Made by a program: the position numbers and the translations under genes. A DNA stretch of 64,000 bases from Eubacterium sp. GTDB taxonomy: Bacteria; Bacillota; Clostridia; Oscillospirales; Ruminococcaceae. This document shows, one piece after another, positions 28,300-38,300 of the stretch. A model generated the notes under the pieces. It was not told where the DNA came from, ran no database searches, and worked only from the letters and a program-made list of their open reading frames with translations. Location: the NCBI GenBank assembly GCA_031271685.1, contig JAISVH010000119.1:362-64361 (forward strand). The letters are read 5' to 3'. Position 1 is the stretch's first letter. Each line of letters begins with the position of its first letter.

Positions 28300-28382
28300 T
28301 ATAGCAAGTTGCGTAAACATGGAAGTGAATTTCAAGTTTGCGCTCACCGCTGAAAGAGGCGCATTTCATCAAAGCCGCGCTG
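28300..28382. repeat. Repeat locus R10: C module, 27 nt upstream of the gpsA start
   Basis: TATAGCAAGTTGCGTAAACATGGAAGTGAATTTCAAGTTTGCG...CACCGCTGAAAGAGGCG. Confidence 0.8.
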
Positions 28383-29054
28383 TCAAGTTAATTTATTATT
28401 AGTTTTTTCACCCAATTTTTTTTCGGTTTTGTTTTTTAAACGCTTTATGTTTTCACGATGCATAAATATTAACAAAAATGCGATCGCCAGTCCGAAAATA
28501 AAATTTAAAACCACCGTCGGATCGCCGCGCAGCTTACCCAGTATAAGAACTAGGAAAGGATAAAGCGACCCAGCGATAATAGAACCCAAAGACACATATT
28601 TTGTTATCATAACGATAACCGCAAATATACCGATAAGTATAATTGCCGAAAGCCAATCAACGGTTAACAGCACGGCGGCAGTGACTAAAACACCCTTTCC
28701 GCCTCTGAATTTATAATATAGCGGAAAGCTGTGCCCCAAAACCGCAAAAACGCCAGCGATAAAGCCGATATAATTCATTCCGTTTGATATAACCGACGTA
28801 TCGATGCCGCCGATATACTTAAAAGCTAGGCGCACCAAAAGCACCGAAATTACTCCTTTAATCACGTCTCCCAACAGCACAAAAAGCGCCGCCATTTTGC
28901 CTTGTGTGCGCAAAGTATTGGTGAGACCCGCGTTGCCGGAACCCATCGTCCTTATATCCTCGCCCGATTTTATTTTGGTTACTATTATCGCGGTATTAAT
29001 CCCGCAAAGAAGATAAGGCACTGCCGCCACAATAATGAAACATAAAATTAACAT
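28383..29054 (-). CDS. plsY: Glycerol-3-phosphate acyltransferase PlsY
   Basis: 223 aa polytopic membrane protein with the GSGNAGLTN motif. Confidence 0.92.
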   Translation of the reverse strand: MLILCFIIVAAVPYLLCGINTAIIVTKIKSGEDIRTMGSGNAGLTNTLRTQGKMAALFVLLGDVIKGVISVLLVRLAFKYIGGIDTSVISNGMNYIGFIAGVFAVLGHSFPLYYKFRGGKGVLVTAAVLLTVDWLSAIILIGIFAVIVMITKYVSLGSIIAGSLYPFLVLILGKLRGDPTVVLNFIFGLAIAFLLIFMHRENIKRLKNKTEKKLGEKTNNKLT

Positions 29055-29066
29055 AAAGTACCTTTT

Positions 29067-29168
29067 TATAGTTTGAAATTATAGCTGCGTTCATGTCCCC
29101 AGCCCATTAGTTAATTTACTATAACGCTTGTTAAAACGCTAGAAGCGGCTCCGCTGCAGATGTTTGAA
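29067..29168 (+). repeat. Repeat locus R11: BA element between plsY and der
   Basis: ...ATAGCTGCGTTCATGTCCCC...TTAATTTACTATAACGCTTGTTAAAACGCTAGAAGCGGCTCCGCTGCAGATGTTTGAA. Confidence 0.8.
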
Positions 29169-29202
29169 AACTTCTTGCGCAAGAAACGCAAAAGCTATTT
29201 TT

Positions 29203-30528
29203 TTAACTTTCTCCCCGTTCTCTTAAGGTTAACCTAATCGGGGTGCCGTCTAGCGAAAACGTTTCTCTGATTTGATTTTCGATATACCGTTGATATGAAA
29301 AATGAAACAAGTCCTCACGGTTGCAAAAAATTACAAAAGTCGGCGGTTTAGCGCTTGCCTGCGTCATGTAATAAAGTTTTAAGCGTTTGCCCCGGTCGGT
29401 CGGCGGCTGCACTCTTGCGGTGGCCTGTGATAGCAGGTCGTTCAAACGTCCGGTGGTGATTCGTCTCGCATTTTGCTCGCAGGTCCAGTGTATAAGCTTA
29501 AATAATTTATCAAATCTTTGTCCTGTCGCCGCCGAAATAAAAACAAAAGGAGCATATGTCATAAAAGAAAGACCAATTTTAAGTTCATTCTCAAATTTTT
29601 TCATTGTCTTATCGTCTTTTTCTATCAAGTCCCATTTATTAACGGCGATAACGCTTGCCTTGCCTTTTTCATGGGCATACCCCGCTACTTTGCTGTCTTG
29701 TTCGGTGAAACCTTCGTTTGCGTCAATCATTATAACGCACACATCGGCGCGGTCTATTGCCATATAAGCGCGAATCACGGAATATCTTTCAATATTTTCG
29801 GATACCCTGGACTTTCTTCTAATTCCGGCGGTATCTATAAATACGTATTTTTCATCTCCGCGGTTTATCACGGTGTCGACGGCATCTCGCGTGGTACCGG
29901 CGATATCCGATACTATTGCCCGCTCTTCACCCGAAATTTTATTTATTAAAGACGATTTTCCAACATTCGGCTTACCAACTACCGCGACTTTTATATGAGC
30001 GTCATCATATTCGTTTTCGTCAGCGCCGCTGTCCGGAAGAAATTTAAGAATTTCATCCAACATATCGCCGGTTCCGTGGCCGTGGACCGAAGAGACCGGA
30101 AATGGTTCACCTAGCCCCAAATTATAAAATTCGTATACCTCAGTTGGCGTATCGCCGATGTTATCGCACTTATTAACGCAAAGTATGACAGGTTTTCCCG
30201 ATTTTTGAAGCATTTCAGCCACATCGGCATCGTTTGCGGTCACCCCGGCTTTAACATCCGCCACAAATATGATAATGTCCGCGCTGTCTATGGCAAGTTG
30301 CGCCTGCGCTCTTATGCGGCTAAGTATTACATCTTTAGAGTCGGGTTCTATACCTCCGGTATCGACTAGCATAAATTCACGCCCTAACCATTCGGCTTTT
30401 CCATAAATACGGTCGCGAGTAACACCGGGCGTATTGTCAACTATCGCCGTACGCCGCCCGGTTATTTTATTGAATAAAGTTGATTTTCCAACGTTCGGAC
30501 GACCGACAATTGCCACCAAACCCGGCAT
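29203..30528 (-). CDS. der: Ribosome-associated GTPase Der (EngA)
   Basis: Two tandem G domains (GRPNVGKS and GKPNVGKS) plus a KH-like C-terminus. Confidence 0.95.
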   Translation of the reverse strand: MPGLVAIVGRPNVGKSTLFNKITGRRTAIVDNTPGVTRDRIYGKAEWLGREFMLVDTGGIEPDSKDVILSRIRAQAQLAIDSADIIIFVADVKAGVTANDADVAEMLQKSGKPVILCVNKCDNIGDTPTEVYEFYNLGLGEPFPVSSVHGHGTGDMLDEILKFLPDSGADENEYDDAHIKVAVVGKPNVGKSSLINKISGEERAIVSDIAGTTRDAVDTVINRGDEKYVFIDTAGIRRKSRVSENIERYSVIRAYMAIDRADVCVIMIDANEGFTEQDSKVAGYAHEKGKASVIAVNKWDLIEKDDKTMKKFENELKIGLSFMTYAPFVFISAATGQRFDKLFKLIHWTCEQNARRITTGRLNDLLSQATARVQPPTDRGKRLKLYYMTQASAKPPTFVIFCNREDLFHFSYQRYIENQIRETFSLDGTPIRLTLRERGES

Positions 30529-30540
30529 TTTTTCACCTCT

Positions 30541-31830
30541 TTAATTGACAATAGCGTTATATAATGAATCGCCGTTGTTGTCTACCACATAAATCCTAAC
30601 GTCAAGCGTTCGTTCAATGTCTGACGTTGTTATATCGTCTAAAAAAACATTTTCGTTAGCTTTAAGCATGTTTCTTGAAATCAACAGCCTTTCCCCCAGT
30701 TCTTTACCGCTAAGTTGATTGATGATATCGGTTCCGGTGATAAGCCCGGAAACGGTGATAGCGTTTCCGAAAAAATCGTTTGTGATCCCATATACAATAG
30801 CTTTTGGGTTTACTTTATTCACCAGTTCCCTTATTAGCGATTCGGCAAGCTTTCCTGTTGCTATCGAGATTTTTTTAATTATATATTTTTTTGTGCTGTT
30901 GTCGGCTTCATGTTTAAATTCATCGGCTAAACTTCTCCACATTCCCACACCGTTTTCATATTGCGGATACCCGCAATAATACGCTTCATGAGGGATGGAC
31001 CTTTCTGCAAGCAGAAAAAACTCATCGGCGGGGTAAACCACCCTGTCTCCGTAAATGCTTTCCATTTTGTCGCCGAATTCATTTATTATATCGATTACAT
31101 CTGATGCTGAGCGCTTGCAAAAAGGCTCGACGGGATAAAGCCCCTCGCGGAATTTCGTAAGGCCCACCGGAACACACGCGATGCTTTGCACATTTGGATA
31201 AAGTTCGGTTAAATTCGAAAGCGTTCTGCGCAGTTCCACGCCGTCATTTATCTTGGGGCAAATCACGATTTGGCAGTTTACACTATTTCCCGCTTCGACT
31301 ATCTTATAAAAATATTTAAGAGCTTTCCCCGCGTTTTTATTTCCTAACATTTTGACACGAAGGTCGGGATTGGTTGTATGCACCGAAACATTAACGCTAA
31401 GTCTCATTTTTATTATTCGCTCTACATCCGCTTCGCTTAAATTAGTAAGGGTTATATAATTGCCCTGTAAAAATGAAAGCCTCGCGTCATCGTCTTTAAA
31501 ATAAAGGGTTTCACGAAGCCCCCGCGGCAGTTGGGAGATGAAGCAAAATATGCAATTATTTCGGCAGCTTTGTTTTTCTGACATCAAATAGCTTTCAAAT
31601 TCCAGGCCTAAATCCTCATAATTGCTTTTAATTTTTACTTTTTTACCGGAAATGTTGAGCAAAGAAACCGGGCCGGCGGAATAAAACCTGTAATCAAGCA
31701 CGTCTCTTATAGTATGCCCATTTATAGAAATAAGAGCGTCTCCCGGTTTTATCCCTGCACGACCCGCCGGAGAACCGGAAGCCACTCTTGTTATTTTTAT
31801 CCCATATTGATTCTCATTCATAACTCTCAC
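30541..31830 (-). CDS. PDZ-domain radical-SAM protein (DUF512 family)
   Basis: N-terminal PDZ-like GSPAGRAGIKPGD. CRNNCIFC (CxxxCxxC) cluster. Usual position upstream of der in Clostridia. Confidence 0.8.
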   Translation of the reverse strand: MRVMNENQYGIKITRVASGSPAGRAGIKPGDALISINGHTIRDVLDYRFYSAGPVSLLNISGKKVKIKSNYEDLGLEFESYLMSEKQSCRNNCIFCFISQLPRGLRETLYFKDDDARLSFLQGNYITLTNLSEADVERIIKMRLSVNVSVHTTNPDLRVKMLGNKNAGKALKYFYKIVEAGNSVNCQIVICPKINDGVELRRTLSNLTELYPNVQSIACVPVGLTKFREGLYPVEPFCKRSASDVIDIINEFGDKMESIYGDRVVYPADEFFLLAERSIPHEAYYCGYPQYENGVGMWRSLADEFKHEADNSTKKYIIKKISIATGKLAESLIRELVNKVNPKAIVYGITNDFFGNAITVSGLITGTDIINQLSGKELGERLLISRNMLKANENVFLDDITTSDIERTLDVRIYVVDNNGDSLYNAIVN

Positions 31831-31870
31831 TAGCGCGAATTTTCATTTCTCAACGGAGACAAATTTGCAA

Positions 31871-32021
31871 TATAGCTGGTCAGTTTTAAAACGCTAAATG
31901 CGTTTTTAAGACACGGCGCGCGCCGCCGAAGGCGGCCTTACCTTGCTGCATAGTCAGTCGCGCACCTTAAGGCTGCCCGCTGTTTAAAAACCCTTTAGGG
32001 CTTTTAAATTGACTGACTATA
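31871..32021. mobile_element. MITE-like element F, full copy (151 bp), abutting the stop codon of 32022..33356
   Basis: TATAGCTGGTCAGTTTTAAAACGCTAAATGCG...GTTTAAAAACCCTTTAGGGCTTTTAAATTGACTGACTATA. Confidence 0.85.
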
Positions 32022-33356
32022 TTATCTCTTTTCTTCCGGCTTAGCTTCATTTTCCGTCATCGAAAGGCCTAAAACCGCCATGAACATAGGGTATACCTGA
32101 ATCATAGTTACGCCGAAAAAAGCCCCTACAAGATATGCAAAGCCGCCGGATAAAAACACTATGTCGCATGCCCTTAAAGTCCTTCGGTTACGTAGCGCCC
32201 GCCAATAAACCATAAAACATCCTAAAGTATAGCAAAGCCCCGCCGGAATTCCGAAAAATGCCGTTTGCTGCAGATATTCGTTATGGGTGCGTTGCGCCTC
32301 GCCCGAGGCCTCTCCCAGCATATACCAAATGCCATCACTCCCCCACCCAAACACCGGTTTTTCTTTTATATATCCAAACGTGGTTTTCCAAAGCAGTATA
32401 CGGTTGGTTCCAAAACCGTCCTCGGCCTGGCCCAGAGCCACTTTAGATGTTTGGTCAACAAAAACATCAGCTTTTGCGGATATTGGAGTTTCTGTTTTGG
32501 TTACAATAAAAAACATAGCGATTGTTAAAACAGCTCCCGCAGCGGCTAAAACCTTATATTTCATGCCGTTATTTACCACGGCGAAGATAACGCACACTAA
32601 AATCATTCCCATTTCGATCGATACAAGCGCGCCTATCGAAGTAAGGAATAGAATGTAAATATAAGTAATAATAAAACCGACAGAGAATATTATCCGCCAC
32701 CATAACTTCTTTAAAAATACCGCTAAAGCTAGCATAAGAGAACCGGTCATAGCCAGGTAATAACCATGATGGTTATAATTCAAAAATACTCCGATATCCT
32801 TGTTGTACATTACTATTGCGGAAGTCTCTTGCGGATTGGCGCTAATATTTACATAAACGCCTAAAATAGCGAGCACGATAGCGCCTAGGGCAAATACAGC
32901 GGCTAAAAAGGTTTTATAGCCTTTCTTCTTGATAAATGAAGCCGCAAAAAAGATAAACACATACAGCGTAAAAGTAATAAGGCCCTCTCTTTTAAAGCTT
33001 AGTCCAAAAACATTTACCTGTGTAAATCCGTTATAGCAGGTGGAAATAAAAATCCAAACAATATAAAGAAAAAACAAAAGATAATCGAGATTATTTTTCG
33101 TTGCAGACTTTAATTTATCCCAAAAGCTTAAATTATTATGTTCCGATAAAAACAAAATGAATTTTATAGCCACTAAAACGGTGCAGATTCCCGCGCTTAT
33201 ATAAAAACCGTAAACAAAAACAAGTTCTTGCATGTGCCCGACGCTTCTGTTAACTAAATAAGAAAGTATAGGTAATGAGAGGATAAAAGCCATTAAAACA
33301 GTTAAAAAAAGCTCTAAATAGCGGTCTTTTTCTTTAGTTGACTTAATTTTGCCCAT
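32022..33356 (-). CDS. O-antigen ligase/polymerase-like (Wzy_C) membrane protein, paralog 2
   Basis: About 12 TM segments. RTHNEYLQQTAFFGIPAG motif region. About 75-80% identical by eye to the adjacent gene. Confidence 0.75.
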   Translation of the reverse strand: MGKIKSTKEKDRYLELFLTVLMAFILSLPILSYLVNRSVGHMQELVFVYGFYISAGICTVLVAIKFILFLSEHNNLSFWDKLKSATKNNLDYLLFFLYIVWIFISTCYNGFTQVNVFGLSFKREGLITFTLYVFIFFAASFIKKKGYKTFLAAVFALGAIVLAILGVYVNISANPQETSAIVMYNKDIGVFLNYNHHGYYLAMTGSLMLALAVFLKKLWWRIIFSVGFIITYIYILFLTSIGALVSIEMGMILVCVIFAVVNNGMKYKVLAAAGAVLTIAMFFIVTKTETPISAKADVFVDQTSKVALGQAEDGFGTNRILLWKTTFGYIKEKPVFGWGSDGIWYMLGEASGEAQRTHNEYLQQTAFFGIPAGLCYTLGCFMVYWRALRNRRTLRACDIVFLSGGFAYLVGAFFGVTMIQVYPMFMAVLGLSMTENEAKPEEKR

Positions 33357-33371
33357 ATTTGATCTCTCCTC

Positions 33372-34727
33372 CTATTTTTTTATCGCATTTGTGTTTACAT
33401 ATGAAACTCTCGCCGAACTGTTTTCAGTCATTGAAAGACCTAGCGCCGCCATAAACATTGGATATACCTGCACCATCGTTACCCCAAAAAACGCCCCGAC
33501 AAGATAAGCGAAACTGCCCGATAAAAACGCGATGTCACATGGTCTTAGGTTTTTACGGTTGCGGAGCGCGCGCCAGTAAACCATAAAGCATCCAAAAACA
33601 TAACAAAGGCCCGCAGGTATGCCATAAAATGCGGTTTGCTGCAAATATTCGTTATGAGTGCGTTGCGCTTCGCTGGATATTTTTTCTAATTCATACCAAA
33701 TTCCATCACTGCCCCACCCAAACACAGGTTTTTCTTTTATAAAATCTACCGTAGCTTTCCACAGCAGAATCCGGTTAGTTCCAAAGCTATCCTCCGCCTG
33801 ACCCACAGCCACTTTAGAGGTTTGATCAACAAAATTATCCGCCTTGTCAGATATCGGAGTTTCTGCTTTAGTAACTATAAAAAACAGCGCCACTGTTAAT
33901 ATTGCCCCAAAAATGGCAATAATTTTATGCTTTATGTCTTTGCTAATGACCGCATAAATAATACACACCAAAAGCATCCCCATTTCAAGAGATACAAGCG
34001 CTCCGATGGAAGTTAAATAAAGAACGTAAATATATGTAAGAACAAAACCAAAAAAGAATGTTATCCGCCACCATAACGTCTTTAAAAAAACCGCGAGAGC
34101 CAACATAAGCGAACCGGTCATGGCAAGGTAATAGCCGTGATGGTTATAGTTTGAAAAAACACCAATGCTTCCGCTGAGCAATACTTTCTCAGCCATTTCT
34201 TGGGGATTGGCGCTCATATTTACATATACCCCTAAAATGGCGAGCACAATTGCACCTAAAGCAAAAACAATCGCCAAAAAGGTCTTATACTTTTCTTTTT
34301 TTATGAATGAAGCGGCAAAAAAAATAAAAACATATAGCGTAAACGTGATCAAGCCTTCCCTTTTAAAGCTAAGCCCTAAAACGTTAACCCGCGTAAAGCC
34401 GTTATAGCAAATAGAAATAAAAATCCATATAATATAAACGAAGAACAACAGATAATCAAGATTTTTTGTCACAATCAGCTTTAATTTAGCTGAAAAAGTT
34501 AAAAGCTTATGCTCAAATATAATTGAAACGAACTTTATAGCTACCAATGCCGTACAAATGCCCGCGCTTATAAAAAAACCGTAAATGAACATTTGATCCT
34601 GCCTGTGTCCGACGGCATTGTTAGTTATATAAGAAAGTATGGGCAGTGAAAGGATAAAGGCAATCACAATAGTTAAAATAAGCTCTAAATATCCGCTTTT
34701 ATCCCTTATTGACCTGGTTTTGCTCAT
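33372..34727 (-). CDS. O-antigen ligase/polymerase-like (Wzy_C) membrane protein, paralog 1
   Basis: About 12 TM segments. RTHNEYLQQTAFYGIPAG. Tandem duplicate of 32022..33356. Confidence 0.75.
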   Translation of the reverse strand: MSKTRSIRDKSGYLELILTIVIAFILSLPILSYITNNAVGHRQDQMFIYGFFISAGICTALVAIKFVSIIFEHKLLTFSAKLKLIVTKNLDYLLFFVYIIWIFISICYNGFTRVNVLGLSFKREGLITFTLYVFIFFAASFIKKEKYKTFLAIVFALGAIVLAILGVYVNMSANPQEMAEKVLLSGSIGVFSNYNHHGYYLAMTGSLMLALAVFLKTLWWRITFFFGFVLTYIYVLYLTSIGALVSLEMGMLLVCIIYAVISKDIKHKIIAIFGAILTVALFFIVTKAETPISDKADNFVDQTSKVAVGQAEDSFGTNRILLWKATVDFIKEKPVFGWGSDGIWYELEKISSEAQRTHNEYLQQTAFYGIPAGLCYVFGCFMVYWRALRNRKNLRPCDIAFLSGSFAYLVGAFFGVTMVQVYPMFMAALGLSMTENSSARVSYVNTNAIKK

Positions 34728-34758
34728 TGCGTATTTCTCCTAAATTTTGTTATATTGT

Positions 34759-34785
34759 AAAAACAGGCCTGACAAAGTCAAGCCC
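34759..34785 (-). terminator. Intrinsic terminator after rpmF
   Basis: On the minus strand: GGCTTGAC-TTT-GTCAGGCC followed by TGTTTTT. Confidence 0.6.
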
Positions 34786-34800
34786 ATGTTTTAAGGCGGT

Positions 34801-34983
34801 TCACGCCTCTTTCGCGATTATTTCTTTACCTTTATAGTAGCCGCATATGCCGCAGATTCTATGGGGAACCTTTAACTCACCACAGTTATTGCAACGAGAA
34901 AACGACGGTGCGGATAATTTCCAAACCTGCGATCTTCTCTTGTCACGCCTGGCCTTAGAGACCTTTCGCTTCGGAACAGCCAT
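34801..34983 (-). CDS. rpmF: 50S ribosomal protein L32
   Basis: MAVPKRKVSKARRDKRR and a CxxC...CxxC zinc ribbon. Start moved to MAVPKRK, which follows a GGGGGG RBS. Confidence 0.95.
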   Translation of the reverse strand: MAVPKRKVSKARRDKRRSQVWKLSAPSFSRCNNCGELKVPHRICGICGYYKGKEIIAKEA

Positions 34984-35038
34984 TATTAACCCCCCCAACT
35001 CTGTTTAATATTAAGTATTTTTAAATAACACAAAGGAC

Positions 35039-35067
35039 ATTATATCATGTTTATCTTAATTTGTCAA
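35039..35067 (-). promoter_or_regulatory. Consensus promoter of rpmF
   Basis: On the minus strand: TTGACA, 17 nt, TATAAT. Confidence 0.7.
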
Positions 35068-35082
35068 TATGATTAGAATAAT

Positions 35083-35484
35083 TTATAAATATTTTTTTAT
35101 GTTTTGGGGGAGCTCGTCCGGTTCGGCAGAAATGGTAAATACAACATTAACATCGCCAGATATTTCAGAAATATCTTCAAACATTTTTCCGACCGCTTCA
35201 AAATCACGGCGAACTATTCGGAGTATGCCATCAATAAATATGTCGGTGCAATCGTAATCCGAGGCTAAAAGCCCTGAAATAAACCCCATCATTGCCTCGG
35301 CGCTTTTTATTTTATAGTCTTCGATATTTATTAGCCTTATTTTATGGTAGATATCGATATTAAGTGATGAACCTAATTGTATTGCCACAACGTTACCCTT
35401 GCTTTTGTCTCCGGCTTCGTGAATTTGATTGATCAAAAGCTTTGTTTTTCCGGTGCCCCTTTTTCCGGGAATTAACTTAACCAT
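35083..35484 (-). CDS. Small P-loop NTPase, function unknown
   Basis: Walker A GKRGTGKT near the N-terminus. About 133-146 aa depending on start (35484, 35502 or 35523). Confidence 0.6.
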   Translation of the reverse strand: MVKLIPGKRGTGKTKLLINQIHEAGDKSKGNVVAIQLGSSLNIDIYHKIRLINIEDYKIKSAEAMMGFISGLLASDYDCTDIFIDGILRIVRRDFEAVGKMFEDISEISGDVNVVFTISAEPDELPQNIKKYL

Positions 35485-35535
35485 ATCATTTTTTCCTTTC
35501 ATTTTTTGGATATTTCCTGACATTGATTAACTATT

Positions 35536-35596
35536 AATCCACAACGAAACTAATTTTCCTAGCGGCAAAGCCGCTCGGTTAGTTTCGTTGCCTTAA
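35536..35596. repeat. Repeat locus R13: G-family two-tier hairpin
   Basis: CAACGAAACTAA-TTTTCCTAGCGGCAAAGCCGCTCGG-TTAGTTTCGTTG. Confidence 0.75.
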
Positions 35597-35636
35597 TATT
35601 ATGACAAACCATTGAGGAGTGCTAAGTTTCAAAAAA

Positions 35637-36977
35637 TTAACCGTTTATTTTCGCTTCAAGCGATGCCTTTTCCGTCTCATATCCGGGCTTTCCAAGCAGG
35701 GCGAACATGTTCCTTTTATAGCTTTCAACGCCGGGTTGATCAAACGGATTGACCCCCAACATATATCCGGAGATAGCGCAGGCTTTTTCGAAAAAGTAGA
35801 TCATATACCCAAGCTCTTGTTCTGAAAGTTCCGGAACCTCTAGTATGATATTCGGAGTTCCTCCGTCTGTGTGCGCTAGAACCGTTCCCAAAAAGGCCTT
35901 TTCGTTTACAATTGACATGTTTTGATTTGAAAGGAAATTTAGCCCATCGCCATTTTCGGGATCGTCGCTTAAGAAAAAGTCTTTTTGCGGGGATTTAATG
36001 TTGATAACTGTTTCAAATATTATATTTGAGCCGTCTTGAATAAACTGTCCAAGCGAATGTAAATCAGTGCTGAAAGTTGCGGCGGCCGGAAACAATCCTT
36101 TTCCGTCTTTACCTTCGCTTTCGCCGTAAAGTTGCTTATACCACTCGGTCATCATAGTGAACGAATTTTCATATGCCGCCAACATTTCGATTTTTCGGCC
36201 TTTTCTGCTGAGTATAGTTCGGTATGCCGCATATTTATAGCAATCGTTTTTTGTTATATCTGCAACTTTAAAATCATATAGCGCCTGTTTTGCACCCGAC
36301 ATAAGCGCATCGATGTCGCATCCGGCGCAGGCGACAGGCAAAAGCCCGACTGCGGTAAGAACCGAAAACCTGCCCCCCACATCATCGGCGATAACAAAAC
36401 TTTCATATCCTTTTTTATCCGCAAGCTCTTTTAAAGTGCCGCGTTTTGCGTCGGTAGTTGCATAAATCCTTTCGGCGGCAGCCTTTTCTCCGTATTTTTT
36501 CTCCATTATCCCTCGAAATACGCGAAAAGCCAGAGCGGGCTCAGTTGTCGTTCCGGACTTTGATATGATATTTATCGAAAAATCACGCCCTTCGATAAGA
36601 GAGACGATTTCGTTAAGATATGTGGGACTAATGCTATTACCGACAAAATAAATATCCGGAGTTGATTTTTTTAAAGAGTTATATAGTGACGAACGAAGCG
36701 CCTCAATAACCGCGCGCGCGCCAAGATATGAGCCGCCTATTCCTATTACCAATAAAACATCGCTGTCAGATTTTATCTTTTCAGCGGCTTGTTTAATCCG
36801 TGCAAATTCTTTTTTGTCATAATTTTCGGGCAAATCAAGCCAGCCTAAAAATTCGCCGCCGGGCCCGTTTTTTTCGCTAAGAGTTTTATGCGCCGCTTCA
36901 ATTGCCGGCAAAATTCCTTGAATCTCATTAGGACGTATAAATCCTTTTAAATATTTGTCGTTAAGTTTTAACGCCAC
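35637..36977 (-). CDS. pgi: Glucose-6-phosphate isomerase
   Basis: 446 aa Firmicute-type [14 protein letters not shown] motif. GTG start after a GGGGGA RBS. Confidence 0.95.
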   Translation of the reverse strand: MALKLNDKYLKGFIRPNEIQGILPAIEAAHKTLSEKNGPGGEFLGWLDLPENYDKKEFARIKQAAEKIKSDSDVLLVIGIGGSYLGARAVIEALRSSLYNSLKKSTPDIYFVGNSISPTYLNEIVSLIEGRDFSINIISKSGTTTEPALAFRVFRGIMEKKYGEKAAAERIYATTDAKRGTLKELADKKGYESFVIADDVGGRFSVLTAVGLLPVACAGCDIDALMSGAKQALYDFKVADITKNDCYKYAAYRTILSRKGRKIEMLAAYENSFTMMTEWYKQLYGESEGKDGKGLFPAAATFSTDLHSLGQFIQDGSNIIFETVINIKSPQKDFFLSDDPENGDGLNFLSNQNMSIVNEKAFLGTVLAHTDGGTPNIILEVPELSEQELGYMIYFFEKACAISGYMLGVNPFDQPGVESYKRNMFALLGKPGYETEKASLEAKING

Positions 36978-37006
36978 TTGTTTTCCCCCTTACATTTGCA
37001 CGTACT

Positions 37007-37064
37007 TCAAACATCTGCGATGGAACCCGCCGCCTAATAGGCGGGGGACATGAACGAAGTTATA
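37007..37064 (-). repeat. Repeat locus R14: short BA element (reverse)
   Basis: TTCAAACATCTGCGATGGAACCCGCCGCCTAATAGGCGGGGGACATGAACGAAGTTATA. Confidence 0.85.
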
Positions 37065-37172
37065 TTAATATTATACAATAAATGCTTGTTTTTTTCAAGA
37101 TATTTTTATATAATAAAGTTTTTTATACATTTACTACAAATTTTAGAAGAATATTTTGTTATATATTGTAAA

Positions 37173-38300
37173 TCAAGGTTTAAAAAATGCCTCTGAATTA
37201 ATTTTGATGCTTTTTAAAAACGTCAGCTTTTCACATGCTTCCGCAGCGACGATGTCGCTTTTAAATATTAACTTGTCTTTAATCATTGCGCGAGCTTCTC
37301 CTACTTTTTGACCTTTTTCCACGGGAGCCAAAAGTTTTTCAGGCACTGTATAATTATACGTCAAGCTGTCATATGAGCCCTTAGGTATCACACAATTAAC
37401 CGGAGAGTTAATCTTTAGCCTGAGCTTTTTTATCACGCCGTTTGGCACTGATAGGACCGGCAGGTTTTCTTCATTTATTACCGCCTTGTATTTCTCATAA
37501 TTTTTGAAACCGGTATCTAGCAATATTCTGCAATTTTCTGTTCGTTCATTGTCGCTCCTCGCTCCAAGCGTAACGGCTATAAGACGCATTCCGTCACGCT
37601 CGGCGCAGACGCTTAGGCAATAGCCCGCCTTGTCTGTTGTGCCGGTTTTCCCGCCTAGACATCCGTCATAAGAGTTAGCTAGCTTATTTGTGTTGATCAA
37701 TTGTGTTTCGCGTTTAGTGCCGGTTCGCACCGAACTTAAGCGTGTTTTAAAACAGTCGTTAAAACAGTCGTATTCAAAAAGTTTAGCGGTAACGACCGCC
37801 ATATCATGAGCGCTTGAATAATGATCGGGGTCGTCAAATCCTACACAACCGGTAAAATTGGTGTTAGTTAGTCCTAGCTCTGCGGCTTTTTCATTCATTA
37901 GCTTTACAAATTCTTTTTCGCTTCCGCTTAAGTGTTCGGCCAGAGCGACCGCCGCGTCGTTAGCCGAGCTAATTATAATTGACTTTAATAAATCGCCCGC
38001 CGTCATTATCTCGCCTGGTTCCAACCAAATAACCGAACCTTCTATTGAACTGGCATAAGGGGACACCGTCACCGCGTCGCCGGAGCTTAACGCGCCCTCG
38101 CTTATCTTTTCGGCTGCAATCAAAAGCAGCATTGTTTTTGTGACAGACCCTACGGAAAGCTGTTTGTTTTCATTTTCAGCGTATAGAACCTGTCCGGTAT
38201 GGCTTTCGATAAGAACTTGTGCTGTTTCTGACTGCAACGCGCCGGATGGCACGCTAAATGCAGATAAAAGCAAAATTAATAGGGCTATACAGCGTTTCAT
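37173..38300 (-). CDS. D-alanyl-D-alanine carboxypeptidase (serine-type, PBP5/DacB-like)
   Basis: SVTK (SxxK), SAND (SxN) and KTGTT (KTG) motifs. Signal peptide starts at MKRCIALLILLL (38300). The listed 38399 start reads through a GC-rich leader. Confidence 0.88.
   Translation of the reverse strand: MKRCIALLILLLSAFSVPSGALQSETAQVLIESHTGQVLYAENENKQLSVGSVTKTMLLLIAAEKISEGALSSGDAVTVSPYASSIEGSVIWLEPGEIMTAGDLLKSIIISSANDAAVALAEHLSGSEKEFVKLMNEKAAELGLTNTNFTGCVGFDDPDHYSSAHDMAVVTAKLFEYDCFNDCFKTRLSSVRTGTKRETQLINTNKLANSYDGCLGGKTGTTDKAGYCLSVCAERDGMRLIAVTLGARSDNERTENCRILLDTGFKNYEKYKAVINEENLPVLSVPNGVIKKLRLKINSPVNCVIPKGSYDSLTYNYTVPEKLLAPVEKGQKVGEARAMIKDKLIFKSDIVAAEACEKLTFLKSIKINSEAFFKP

Noticed and set aside
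35083-35523. The small P-loop protein, considered as part of a defence or toxin-antitoxin module.
   Set aside because: It is a single gene between rpmF and pgi with normal composition and no partner gene. Beyond the Walker A motif, nothing supports such a role.
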